The translations under genes were made by a program, and so were the position numbers. Of a DNA stretch of 40,958 bases, positions 25,135-36,440 are shown one piece after another (the first letter of the stretch is position 1; every line of letters begins with the position of its first letter). Where the stretch lies: assembly GCA_964352415.1 (NCBI GenBank), contig CAYGST010000001.1, forward strand, positions 1 to 40,958, written 5' to 3'. This stretch comes from an uncultured Planctomycetaceae bacterium (lineage in GTDB: Bacteria > Planctomycetota > UBA1135 > GCA-002686595). A model generated the notes under the pieces. It worked only from the letters and a program-made list of their open reading frames with translations. It searched no databases and was not told the origin of the DNA.

Positions 25135-26235
25135 ATGAAGGTCCTCTGTGATCGCGAGAAGCTCCGCGAAGGGCTCGCCATCGTCAACAACGTCATCCCG
25201 GCTCGCAGCACGAAGCCGGTGCTCGAGAACGTTCGGCTGGTCGCCACCGACTCGGCCCTCGAGTTGATCGGCACGGACCTCGAGGTCTCGGTGCGCTACT
25301 CGATCGACGACGTGAAGGTCGGCGAGCCCGGTGTCGCCGTCATCCCGGCGCGGGTGGCCCTCGACTTCATCCGTGACCTCGCCAGCGAGACGATCACGCT
25401 GCAAACGGATGAGACGAGCTGCACGATCACGGGCGGTGCGGACACCTGTGAGCTCGTCACGATGGACGTGGACGAATTCCCGGTCACACCCAAGTTCGAG
25501 GACCAGGACACGCTCAGCCTCCAGGCAGGCACCTTCACGCGCCTCGTGGGACAGACCGCCTTCGCCGCAGCCCGGGAGGCCGGGCGCTACGCGATGCACG
25601 GGGTCCTGATCACGGTGGCCGACGACAAGCTCCAGATGGTCGCGACCGACGGCCGTCGATTGGCGCTCGCGAGCGCTGGAGTCGAGGCTGTTCCAGCCAA
25701 CGCCGCCCCGGCGATCGTCCCGACCAAGGGCATCCAGATGTTCTGCAGGGTCATCGACGACCCGCTGGCCCTCGTCAAGCTGCGCTTCGGCGAGAACCAG
25801 ATCGGGATGAAGACCAAGCACGCCGAGATCTTCGCCCGGCTGATCGACGGGGAGTACCCGCGCTACTCCGAGGTGATCCCGGCCGAGAGCAAGAACTCCC
25901 TGGAGGCGAACGCCGACATGCTCGGGCGCAAGCTGCGCCTGGTCGCGAACGTCACCGGCGACGAGGCCCGCGCGGTCCGGCTGAAGATCGACAAGGGGGA
26001 GCTCGAGCTCTTCGGTCAGTCGGTCGGTCGCGGTGAGGCCCACGCCCACATGGAGATCGACTACGCCGGGGGCGACGCGCTGATCGCGTTCAACCCGGAC
26101 TACGTCCTCGACGGGCTCAAGAACGCCGAGCGCGACGTGGTGCGCCTCGAGTTCAACGACAAGGCCAGTCCTGGCAAGTTCACGCTCGGCGAGAACTACA
26201 TCTACATCGTGATGCCGATCACGGTGGACGACTGA
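25135..26235 (+). CDS. dnaN: DNA polymerase III beta sliding clamp
   Basis: 'MKVLCDREKLREGLAIVNNVIPARSTKPVLENVRLVATDSALELIGTDLEVSV', 'MVATDGRRLA', 'FGENQIGMKT', 'LIDGEYPRY'. 366 aa. Confidence 0.95.
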   Translation: MKVLCDREKLREGLAIVNNVIPARSTKPVLENVRLVATDSALELIGTDLEVSVRYSIDDVKVGEPGVAVIPARVALDFIRDLASETITLQTDETSCTITGGADTCELVTMDVDEFPVTPKFEDQDTLSLQAGTFTRLVGQTAFAAAREAGRYAMHGVLITVADDKLQMVATDGRRLALASAGVEAVPANAAPAIVPTKGIQMFCRVIDDPLALVKLRFGENQIGMKTKHAEIFARLIDGEYPRYSEVIPAESKNSLEANADMLGRKLRLVANVTGDEARAVRLKIDKGELELFGQSVGRGEAHAHMEIDYAGGDALIAFNPDYVLDGLKNAERDVVRLEFNDKASPGKFTLGENYIYIVMPITVDD

Positions 26236-26261
26236 TTTCCCTCGCCGGTTTCCACGACAAC

Positions 26262-29086
<2,825 letters not shown>

Positions 29087-29127
29087 GCCCGGGAGGAGGT
29101 GCCAAGCCCCCTCCTCACAGTCAGTTA

Positions 29128-29163
29128 CGCGAAGGGGCGGGAGGTGACTCCCGCCCCTTCGCG
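29128..29163 (+). terminator. Strong hairpin after gyrB: perfect 16-bp stem CGCGAAGGGGCGGGAG / CTCCCGCCCCTTCGCG with GTGA loop (no U-tract)
   Basis: Perfect inverted repeat read directly. Flanked by weaker hairpins at about 29093-29120 and 29176-29201. Confidence 0.5.
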
Positions 29164-29439
29164 CGTCACTGCGTCCCGGCTGGCTGCCCCTCTCCAGCCG
29201 GCTGATCCGCGGGGCATGAGGACCCTCGAGGGCCAGGCGACGGGCTCCCCGGTTCCAACATGCCCCATTCGGAGTCAGGTGCGTCAGGTCCGACCCTCCC
29301 GGCGACCTCGATCGGCCGAGATCCCGTGCGAATCTCCCGCGGATCGGGGCTCCAGCCGCGGTGGCCCCGCGCCCGATACACCCCCGGCGCCCGTCGTGTC
29401 CTCCCCACGGACAGGACCTCCCCGCGCGCTGTGCACCCC

Positions 29440-30189
29440 ATGAACAACCACCGGCTCGGATATCAGCGACTCTCGGAGGCCCTCATCGAGCGTGGTCTCG
29501 TCGAGGCCCAGGCCGTTCAGGACGCGCTGGGCATCGGCAGCCATGGCGGAGTCCCGTTCCCGGAGGCGCTCGTCTCCGCGAACCTGGTCTCCGACTGGGA
29601 GCTCTCGAACGTGGTCTGTCAGCTGTACGGACTGCCGTTCCTGCCGGTGGAGGTCTGCGACCCACACCCCGACGCCGCGAAGGGGCTCGACCTCGAGTTC
29701 CTGCTGGAGAACGGCATCGTTCCGCTCTCCCGCCACGGCCAGGTGCTGACCCTGTGCATGCCCGCCATCGTTCCGGCGGAGATCCTCGGCTGCATCGCCG
29801 CCGAGAGCGACCTGTTCGTCCTGCCCGTCGTGGGCACGGTCAACTCGAACCGTCGCTGGCTGCAGAACCACTTCGCGCCCAGCGCGACGATGAGTGCGCC
29901 GGGTTCCGGCGACGACTCCGACTGGGGCTCGCTGTTCGACGAGGCGGACGCCGCCGTGCTGTCCGAGCTCGAGGTGATCGAGCCGGATCCGGACGACATG
30001 GGTGGTCTCGGCGACCTGGGCGACCTGGGCGACCTGGGTGACCTGGGTGACGACGTTCCCGCGCTCGACTTCGACGCGGCGGACCTCGAAGCGACGAAGC
30101 CGTCCAAGAAGACCTCCAAGAGCGCGGCTGGGCTCGACCTCCCGCCGCCGCCGCCGCGCAGCACGGGCGACGGCGACACGATCGTCTGA
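29440..30189 (+). CDS. Stand-alone GspE-N / MshEN-like domain protein with acidic C-terminal tail containing (LGD)5
   Basis: Trimmed to ATG 29440 (MNNHRLGYQRLSEALIERGLVEAQAVQDAL...ALVSANLVSDWELSNVVCQLYGLPFLPVE...LENGIVPLSRHGQVLTLCMPAI). This is the pattern of T2SSE_N/MshEN domains. No ATPase domain follows. Confidence 0.7.
   Translation: MNNHRLGYQRLSEALIERGLVEAQAVQDALGIGSHGGVPFPEALVSANLVSDWELSNVVCQLYGLPFLPVEVCDPHPDAAKGLDLEFLLENGIVPLSRHGQVLTLCMPAIVPAEILGCIAAESDLFVLPVVGTVNSNRRWLQNHFAPSATMSAPGSGDDSDWGSLFDEADAAVLSELEVIEPDPDDMGGLGDLGDLGDLGDLGDDVPALDFDAADLEATKPSKKTSKSAAGLDLPPPPPRSTGDGDTIV
30007..30051 (+). repeat. Five tandem 9-bp repeats CTSGGYGAC encoding (LGD)5 inside the MshEN-like gene
   Basis: ctcggcgac ctgggcgac ctgggcgac ctgggtgac ctgggtgac, read directly. 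Confidence 0.9.
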
Positions 30190-30208
30190 TCCGGGCGAGC
30201 GCCCGGGG

Positions 30209-31006
30209 TCAGCGCCGCGGGACGGTCCACCCGCCGCCGAGGTTGCGCACCAGCAACCGATCGGCGAGCCGAGGCGAGACGATCGAGATCGCAGCGAGCA
30301 GCTTCCACTTCCAGCGCAGGCTGCGCTCGGGGCGCGGACGCCGGTCGAGCTGCAGGATCTCCTCGGCGACCTGCTCCGGCCCGCTCGCGCCTTCGAGATC
30401 GGGATGAGGGAGCCCCGCGGGGTTGGCCTGCGCCTCGAAGAAGCCTGTCGCGGTCAGGGCCGGGTCCAGCGTGCAGACCGCGATCCCTTCGTCGGCCCAC
30501 TCGACGCGCAGCCCCTCGCCGATCGAGCACACGGCCGCCTTGGAGGAGGAGTAGGCGACCTGTCCGGGGATGCCTCGGCGGCCGATGACTGACGAGACGT
30601 TGATGACGACGGGGAGCGCGCCTCGCCGCAAGAGCGGCAGCGCCAGCCGCGAGACGTGCAGAACGCCGAGCACGTTCGTCCGGAAGAGTCGCTCCACGAG
30701 CGCGGGGTCCAACTCCTCGACGCGCGCCCGGTAGCCGAGCCCTGCGTTGTTGACGAGCAGCTCCAGGCCACCGAAGGCGGCGTCGAGCTCGGCGAGCGAC
30801 GCGGCGATGGCATCGGGATCCGTCAGGTCGCAGGGCAGCGCGACGTGTCCGTCACCAGCGAGCTCTTCGCGCACGGCCTGGAGCCGGTCCGCGCTGCGGG
30901 CGAGCAGCGCGACGCGATAGCCCTCGGCCGCGAGCCTCCGCGCGGTTGCCTCACCGATGCCCGAAGAGGCGCCGGTCACCAGCGCGCGGCGACGATCGCT
31001 CTGCAC
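30209..31006 (-). CDS. SDR family oxidoreductase (short-chain dehydrogenase)
   Basis: 'ALVTGASSGIGEATARRLAAEGYRVALLAR' (TGxxxGxG), 'LVNNAGLG', 'INVSSVIG', 'YSSSKAAV' (YxxxK). Confidence 0.9.
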   Translation of the reverse strand: MQSDRRRALVTGASSGIGEATARRLAAEGYRVALLARSADRLQAVREELAGDGHVALPCDLTDPDAIAASLAELDAAFGGLELLVNNAGLGYRARVEELDPALVERLFRTNVLGVLHVSRLALPLLRRGALPVVINVSSVIGRRGIPGQVAYSSSKAAVCSIGEGLRVEWADEGIAVCTLDPALTATGFFEAQANPAGLPHPDLEGASGPEQVAEEILQLDRRPRPERSLRWKWKLLAAISIVSPRLADRLLVRNLGGGWTVPRR

Positions 31007-31012
31007 AGGCGT

Positions 31013-31594
31013 CTAGCGGCCGGTCGTCTTGTGGAGCGTGCGCAGCATGTTGAACCAGCCGTCGCGCTCGCGCTTGATCTCGGCGACCTGGCGGTCGTTG
31101 TCTCCGTACTTGGCCATGAGCTCCTCTTCCCACTCCGCGGTCATCGTGATCGCTTCGTCGTAGAGGTCCTTCGCGCGCCCGCCCTTTTCGGCCCAGCCGG
31201 CGTGGTCACTCGCGGCCTTCGCGATCTTGCCCGCGTCGAGCACGGTCTTCGCCTCGGCGGCGACCTTCTTGGCCGCGACCCAGGTCGTGTTGCTCGCGAG
31301 GCCCGGGGGCGCCTTCTCGTAGAGCTTCTTCGGCTTGAAGCTCGAACCCGTCTTCGGGGTCGGCGGCTCTTCACGCGGGAGGTCCCCGAAGACGGCCTCG
31401 GCGTTGACCTCGGCGGGTCTCGCCTCCTCTTCCTTCGTCTCGCTCTGCGCGGCCATGCGAGCGACGACGACGGCGCCGACCATCAGGACGACGAGGATGA
31501 GGATCGGCCCAACCGGCGGACCGGAGGACTTGCGGGGACGGCGCCGTCCGGGGGACGCGTCGTCGTCTTGGGTGTTCGAGTAGCGCGTGGACAT
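31013..31594 (-). CDS. Hypothetical single-pass membrane protein
   Basis: ATG 31594 (alternative GTG 31618). Basic N-terminus, TM 'VGPILILVVLMVGAVVVA', then a charged soluble region. No family recognised. Confidence 0.55.
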   Translation of the reverse strand: MSTRYSNTQDDDASPGRRRPRKSSGPPVGPILILVVLMVGAVVVARMAAQSETKEEEARPAEVNAEAVFGDLPREEPPTPKTGSSFKPKKLYEKAPPGLASNTTWVAAKKVAAEAKTVLDAGKIAKAASDHAGWAEKGGRAKDLYDEAITMTAEWEEELMAKYGDNDRQVAEIKRERDGWFNMLRTLHKTTGR

Positions 31595-31760
31595 GACATC
31601 GAAGGATACGGCGGTCACCGGTGAGCGGGAAGGCTTGCCGCGGCCAGCGCGCTCTTCGCGCCTTCGGTTGTGGTTGGATCCGCGCGAGACCGCACGAAAC
31701 CGGAAGGCGGACGAGTGGCGGCGGGTGACTCCGGTTCAGGAGCGCACGCGGCCGGAGTGG

Positions 31761-33086
31761 CTACTCGCCGCGGACGAGTCGCGCGGCGTAGCCACCGTCC
31801 ACGGGGCCTCGCTCGTCGGTCGGCCGAGGCATGGTGAGGCGATCGGCATCGAGCGTGAACTCCGGGTGCGTCTCGAGGAAGCGACGAACACGCTGCTCGT
31901 TCTCGAAGGGCTCGAGTGAACAGGTCGAGTACACGAGCTTGCCGCCCGGGCGCACGCTGCGAGCGCCGCGCTCCAGGAGCTCGGACTGCAGGGCGTCGAG
32001 CGCCTGCTTGGCCTGCGGTCCAAAACGCCAGCGCGCCTCGGGCCGGCGTGCGAGAACACCGGTGTTCGAGCAGGGGACATCGAGCAGGACGCCGTCGAAG
32101 TCGGTCTCCGGCGCGGACTCGCCCTCGTCCAGCAGACGAATCTCGACGCTCTCGGCGACGCCGAGGCGTACGAGGGTCGATTGCAGGCGCTCGAGCTTGT
32201 CGTCGCTCACGTCACAGGCGACGACCTGCGCGCCCCGCGCGGCGAGCACCGCCGTCTTTCCACCCGGCGCAGCGCACAGGTCGAGCCAGCGTTCACCGGC
32301 ACCGGCTTCGCAGTGTTCGGCTGCGTGCAGCGCCGCTTCGCCTTGCACGGTCATCCGCCCTTCCGCGAAGGCCGGACTCGCCAGCGCGCCCTCCAGCCCT
32401 TCCGGCGGCGCGGTCAAGATGTCCGCGTGGTCTCCACGGCCTGTAGAGATCTCGAGCGCGCTGAGCTCGGCTTCGAGCGCGTCGCGCGTACCTGCAGCCG
32501 CGCGCAGCGAGAGCCGCGGGTCCTCGAGCATCGCGAGCGCGAGCGCCATCGCGTCCGCCGCGCCGAAGCGCTTGACCCAGCCCTTGTAGAGCGGCGCCGG
32601 GAGCGACAGCGCATCCTCGGCCCACAGGTAGGGGTGCTCATCGGGGTCGTAGAACACCGGCGTGTCGAAGGAGACCTCGCGGCCGGGCACGTCGCGGCGC
32701 GGGTCACCGCTCAGCTCCTCGCTCGAGCTGCGCAGCGCGGTGCGCAGGACGCCGTTCACGTACTTGCCCTTCGAGAGACCCAGGCACTCCGACGCCGCCC
32801 CGACCGTCTCGCTCACGGCGGCGTGCGACGGCACGCGATCGAGGAAGTAGAGCTGGGCGAAGCCGATGCGCAGGAAGGCGGCGAGGTCGCGGCTCGGCTT
32901 GCCCTTGGCGAAGGTGCGAACGAGCGCTTGCAGCGTGCCGCGGCGGCGCACCTCGGTCGTGACGATGCGCGCGAGCAGTCCGCGGTCGCGCGCGTCGAGG
33001 CCTTCGCGCGCGGCGACTTCGCCGACGTAGCGGGTGGGGGCTCCGGTACCGGAGCGCAGGAGCTCCCAGGCGAGGTGGCGGATCAT
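31761..33086 (-). CDS. rsmB: 16S rRNA (cytosine967-C5)-methyltransferase RsmB/Sun
   Basis: Trimmed to ATG 33086 (ATGA overlap with the fmt stop). NusB-like N-terminus. 'DLCAAPGGKT', 'DGVLLDVPCSNTGVLARRPEARWR', 'LVYSTCSLEPFENE'. Confidence 0.9.
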   Translation of the reverse strand: MIRHLAWELLRSGTGAPTRYVGEVAAREGLDARDRGLLARIVTTEVRRRGTLQALVRTFAKGKPSRDLAAFLRIGFAQLYFLDRVPSHAAVSETVGAASECLGLSKGKYVNGVLRTALRSSSEELSGDPRRDVPGREVSFDTPVFYDPDEHPYLWAEDALSLPAPLYKGWVKRFGAADAMALALAMLEDPRLSLRAAAGTRDALEAELSALEISTGRGDHADILTAPPEGLEGALASPAFAEGRMTVQGEAALHAAEHCEAGAGERWLDLCAAPGGKTAVLAARGAQVVACDVSDDKLERLQSTLVRLGVAESVEIRLLDEGESAPETDFDGVLLDVPCSNTGVLARRPEARWRFGPQAKQALDALQSELLERGARSVRPGGKLVYSTCSLEPFENEQRVRRFLETHPEFTLDADRLTMPRPTDERGPVDGGYAARLVRGE

Positions 33087-34024
33087 CCGATCTCCGTGCC
33101 GCTTCCAAAGCGGGTTCCAGCTTCGAAACGGGCGCCGCGGAGCCAAGCGCCCGCGTCCATGGCCCGCTTGCCGGCGGGCTTGACCGTGAGGAGTTCGAGC
33201 GCACCAGAGCCCGTCGCGATGACGCAGCGGCTGCCGGCCTCGAGCAAGAGGCCGGGCGCGGCGGCGCCCTCGGTGACCCGCGCGGCCTCGACGACGAGCG
33301 CCTTGCCGTCTGGCGACGTGGTGCGCGCGCCGGGCCAGGGGTGCATCGCGCGCACGTGTCGCTCGAGCTCTTCGGCGGCGCGCGACCAGTCGATGTCGCC
33401 GTCGCTCTTCGCGAGCTTCTTCGCGTACGTGACGAGCTCGGGGTCCTGGGGCGTGTACTGCGCGTCGCCGCGCTCGAGCCTGTCGAGGGCTTCGACCGCG
33501 GCCACGCCGCCGATCGCTGCGAGACGGTCGAACAGCGCGCCCGACGTATCGTTCGCCTCGATCGCGATGCGCTTCTCCAGCAGGACGTCGCCTTCGTCGA
33601 GCGCGAGCACCATGCGCTGCACGGAGACGCCGGTCTCGCGGTCGCCCGCGGCGACCGCGTACTGGATGGGCGCCGCGCCGCGCCAGCGTGGCAGCAGGGA
33701 CCCGTGCACGTTCAGTGCGCCGTGGGGCGCGAGCTCGAGGACCTCCTCGCGCAGGATCTCGCCGTAGCTGGCGACGAGCAGCACGTCGGGCTCGAGCGCG
33801 CGCAGACTTTCGACGAACTCGGGCGACTTGGTCGTCGTCGGCTGCAGCACGGGCAGGCCGCGCTCCCGCGCCATCTCGACGAGGGGCGACACGACCACCT
33901 CACGCCCGCGACCGCGCGGCTTGTCCGGCCGCGTGACGAGACCCAAGGCAACATGCCCGCTCTCGAGGAGGGCCTCGAAGACGGGCATGGCGAAGGGCGG
34001 CGAGCCCAGGAAGACGTAGCGCAT
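33083..34024 (-). CDS. fmt: Methionyl-tRNA formyltransferase
   Basis: 'MRYVFLGSPPFAMPVFEALL', 'LVTRPDKPRGRG', 'HGALNVHGSLLPRWRGAAPIQYAV', 'VSVQRMVLALDEGDVL'. Confidence 0.95.
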   Translation of the reverse strand: MRYVFLGSPPFAMPVFEALLESGHVALGLVTRPDKPRGRGREVVVSPLVEMARERGLPVLQPTTTKSPEFVESLRALEPDVLLVASYGEILREEVLELAPHGALNVHGSLLPRWRGAAPIQYAVAAGDRETGVSVQRMVLALDEGDVLLEKRIAIEANDTSGALFDRLAAIGGVAAVEALDRLERGDAQYTPQDPELVTYAKKLAKSDGDIDWSRAAEELERHVRAMHPWPGARTTSPDGKALVVEAARVTEGAAAPGLLLEAGSRCVIATGSGALELLTVKPAGKRAMDAGAWLRGARFEAGTRFGSGTEIG

Positions 34025-34078
34025 CGCGCTGGGCTCGAAGGAGGGCGCTCGAAGAGCGGGGCGCGGAGCCCCGGTGCG

Positions 34079-34402
34079 TTAGAGCTTGCCCTCGACCTCG
34101 GACTTGAAGCTCGGGTACGGCATCGAGCCGAGCATCTGGTGCACGACCTCGCCGTTCTTGATCAGCATGAAGGTCGGGATCGAGACGATGCCGTAGCGGC
34201 CGGGCACCTCGGGGTTGTCCTGCGTGTTGAGCTTGACGACCTTGATCTTCTCGCCGAGGTCCTCGGCCAGCTTGTCGACCAGCGGGCCCATGGCCTTGCA
34301 GGGTCCGCACCACTCCGCCCAGAAGTCGACGAGGACCGGAGTCTCGCTCTGCAGGACGGTGGATTCCCAGGTGCTGTCGGTGACGTCGAGGGCGTTGCTC
34401 AT
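34079..34402 (-). CDS. trxA: Thioredoxin
   Basis: 107 aa. 'VLVDFWAEWCGPCKAMGP', 'YGIVSIPTFMLIKNGEVV'. Confidence 0.95.
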   Translation of the reverse strand: MSNALDVTDSTWESTVLQSETPVLVDFWAEWCGPCKAMGPLVDKLAEDLGEKIKVVKLNTQDNPEVPGRYGIVSIPTFMLIKNGEVVHQMLGSMPYPSFKSEVEGKL

Positions 34403-34537
34403 GACTTTCGCGGGTGCTGTGGCTCGGGGGGCTCGCCGGGTCTACGGACGATGCCCGGTTCGGAAGAGTCGGGGACTATGGTCGCTCGCCCCGCGGTCGT
34501 CCAGACCTGCTGGGGCGAAAGGCGCGCGACCGGCGTC

Positions 34538-35563
34538 TCAGGCGTTCTGGGGCGGCTCGCCGGCGGTCGGCGCTCCGGATTCTGCGCTGGCGGCGGCCTG
34601 GAGCGGTTCGTCGCCCCCGTCGGCCGGCGTCGCCTCCGCGCTGGGCGGCGTGTCCGCGCTCTCCGAAGCCTCGGGGGCAGGGCTCTCGCCCTCCGCCACG
34701 ACGGCCTCGCCGCCGGTGGCAGCGGCCTCGTCCTCGCCCGAAACCTCCAGGCTCGCGAGCGCCTCGGGATCGACCTCGTCCTCGAAGGTCGTGCCCTCCA
34801 GCAGCTGGTCCATCTCGGTCTCGGCGGCCTCGGAGATCTCGACCTGGATCTCGCCGCGGTGGTCGGGCTGGGCGGCGACGACGATGCCCATCTTGATGAG
34901 CTCGAGCAGCGCGCAGAACGTTCCGACCAGCGTCTCGCGAGTCATCTCGCCGTCCAGGGACGTGATCATCTCCCGCAGGCTCATGCGACCGGCGCGCTGC
35001 ACGGTCCGGGCCAGGCTCGTGACGTAGTAGCGCATCGGCCGTGGGTCCCCGGCGACGTGCATCGGCCGGTTGGCGAGCGTCTCGCGCATCAGCCGCGAGA
35101 AGGTCGCCAGGAGGTCCCAGGAGGTCAGCTCGCCGAGGTCCAGCTTGGGCTCCTCGGTCGCGGACTGCTCTTCCTTCAGCTCGGGGAAGGCGCCGCGGGG
35201 GTGCAGCTGCTGGCGCGTGGCGAGGCCCGCGGCGAGGGTGTCCGAGGCCTCCTTGAAGCGGCGGTACTCGAGCAGCCGCTGGATCAGCTCGTCCTTCGGG
35301 TCGAGCTCGTCCTCGAGGTCGATCTCCTCCCGGGGCAGGAGCGAGCGGCTCTTGATCGCCATGAGAGTCGCCGCCATCACGGCGAACTCGCCCGCGAGCT
35401 CGATGTCGAGGTCCTGGAGCGCCGTGAGGTACTGGACGTAGCCCTCGATGACGCGGTTGATCTCGACCTCGTGGATCTCGACCTCCTGCTCGCGCACGAG
35501 GTGCAGGAGGAGGTCCATCGGGCCGCGAAAGACCTGTTCGAGGTAGACGGTGTAGTCGGTCAT
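34538..35563 (-). CDS. scpA: Segregation and condensation protein A (kleisin ScpA) with acidic C-terminal tail
   Basis: Track ORF trimmed to ATG 35563 (ATGA overlap with the upstream gene stop). 'FRGPMDLLLHLVREQEVEIHEVEINRVIEGYVQYL', 'ELAGEFAVMAATLMAIKSRSLLP'. Confidence 0.9.
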   Translation of the reverse strand: MTDYTVYLEQVFRGPMDLLLHLVREQEVEIHEVEINRVIEGYVQYLTALQDLDIELAGEFAVMAATLMAIKSRSLLPREEIDLEDELDPKDELIQRLLEYRRFKEASDTLAAGLATRQQLHPRGAFPELKEEQSATEEPKLDLGELTSWDLLATFSRLMRETLANRPMHVAGDPRPMRYYVTSLARTVQRAGRMSLREMITSLDGEMTRETLVGTFCALLELIKMGIVVAAQPDHRGEIQVEISEAAETEMDQLLEGTTFEDEVDPEALASLEVSGEDEAAATGGEAVVAEGESPAPEASESADTPPSAEATPADGGDEPLQAAASAESGAPTAGEPPQNA

Positions 35564-36228
35564 AGCCAGGGACCCCCGGTCAGGTAGTCGGCGAAGGCGA
35601 AGATCGCATTGATCGCGGGGCCGATGAGCGGTCGCAGCGGGCCGAGGATCACCAGGGCGAAGATCAGGATCATCCCGAATCGCTCGAGCGAGTTGAAGCC
35701 CGCGCGCAGGGACTGCGGCAGGATCCAGGTCAGCACCCGCGAGCCGTCGAGGGGAGGGATTGGGATCAGGTTGAACGCCGCGAGGAGCGCGTTCACGTAG
35801 ATGCTCTCCTCCATGACCTGGACGGCAACTTCCCCCCGACCGAAGCCGAAGCCGTAGATGAGCACCTTCCAGACGACCATGAAGAGGATCGCCAGAAGGA
35901 AGTTGGAAAGCGGTCCGGCGAGCGCGACCAGCATCATGTCGCGCAGCGGGTGCCGCAGCCGGTGGTACTGGACCGGCACCGGCTTGGCGCCGCCGAACAT
36001 GAAGCCGGACGTGAAGTAGAGGACGGCCGGCACCAGGATCGTCATCACCGGGTCGATGTGCGGGATCGGATCGAGGGTCATGCGACCCAGGTCCTTTGCT
36101 GTCGAGTCCCCGCACCTGTAGGCGACCCAGGCGTGTGCCGCCTCGTGGATGCCGAGCGAGAGGATCAGGAACGCGATGGTCAGCCCGCCGACGAGCAGCT
36201 TGTCTGGGTTGTCGATCAGCAGAAGGAT
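35560..36228 (-). CDS. Site-2 protease family (peptidase M50) membrane metalloprotease; true start upstream of the track ORF and non-canonical
   Basis: The track ORF starts at ATG 36081 ('MTLDPIPHIDP...NLIPIPPLDGSRVL'). The same frame continues upstream without a stop as '...ILLLIDNPDKLLVGGLTIAFLILSLGIHEAAHAWVAYRCGDSTAKDLGR', which contains the HExxH zinc motif. There is no ATG/GTG/TTG upstream. GGAG lies 7 nt before ATC 36228, and CTG codons occur at 36222 and 36219. Confidence 0.8.
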   Translation of the reverse strand: MLLLIDNPDKLLVGGLTIAFLILSLGIHEAAHAWVAYRCGDSTAKDLGRMTLDPIPHIDPVMTILVPAVLYFTSGFMFGGAKPVPVQYHRLRHPLRDMMLVALAGPLSNFLLAILFMVVWKVLIYGFGFGRGEVAVQVMEESIYVNALLAAFNLIPIPPLDGSRVLTWILPQSLRAGFNSLERFGMILIFALVILGPLRPLIGPAINAIFAFADYLTGGPWL

Positions 36229-36440
36229 GGTCGGACTCCGGTCAGGGGAGGGCGTGCGGCGCTGTCTCCGGCGCGTGGCCGGGCGCGCAGCCCTTCCGCG
36301 GCCTTATAGCAGGCGACGTCGCTTCCGCGAGGATCGGGCCGGGGATTCGTGAAGGCCGCGCGCTAGAATCCGGCCCCGCGAGCCGCGAACGGACGCGCGC
36401 GCAGGCGCCGCGTTCCTCGACTCCGCCGCGCGACTTCCGA

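Noticed and set aside
24572-25138. 188-aa ORF spanning the dnaA-dnaN spacer
   Set aside because: Its composition is not coding-like, including across the AT-rich patch. It overlaps the DnaA-box cluster, so I interpret the region as oriC.
33341-35587. 748-aa plus-strand ORF. Similar long ORFs occur at 14623..16641 (+), 4957..6582 (+), 2253..3809 (+), 19427..20947 (-), 26597..28075 (-), 17264..18730 (-) and 38542..39855 (-).
   Set aside because: All are antisense or off-frame to genes with strong family signatures (fmt/trxA/scpA, FG-GAP, secreted proteins, parA/bshC-like, gyrB, pyrF, the giant ORF). All have low-complexity R/A/G/P-rich translations.
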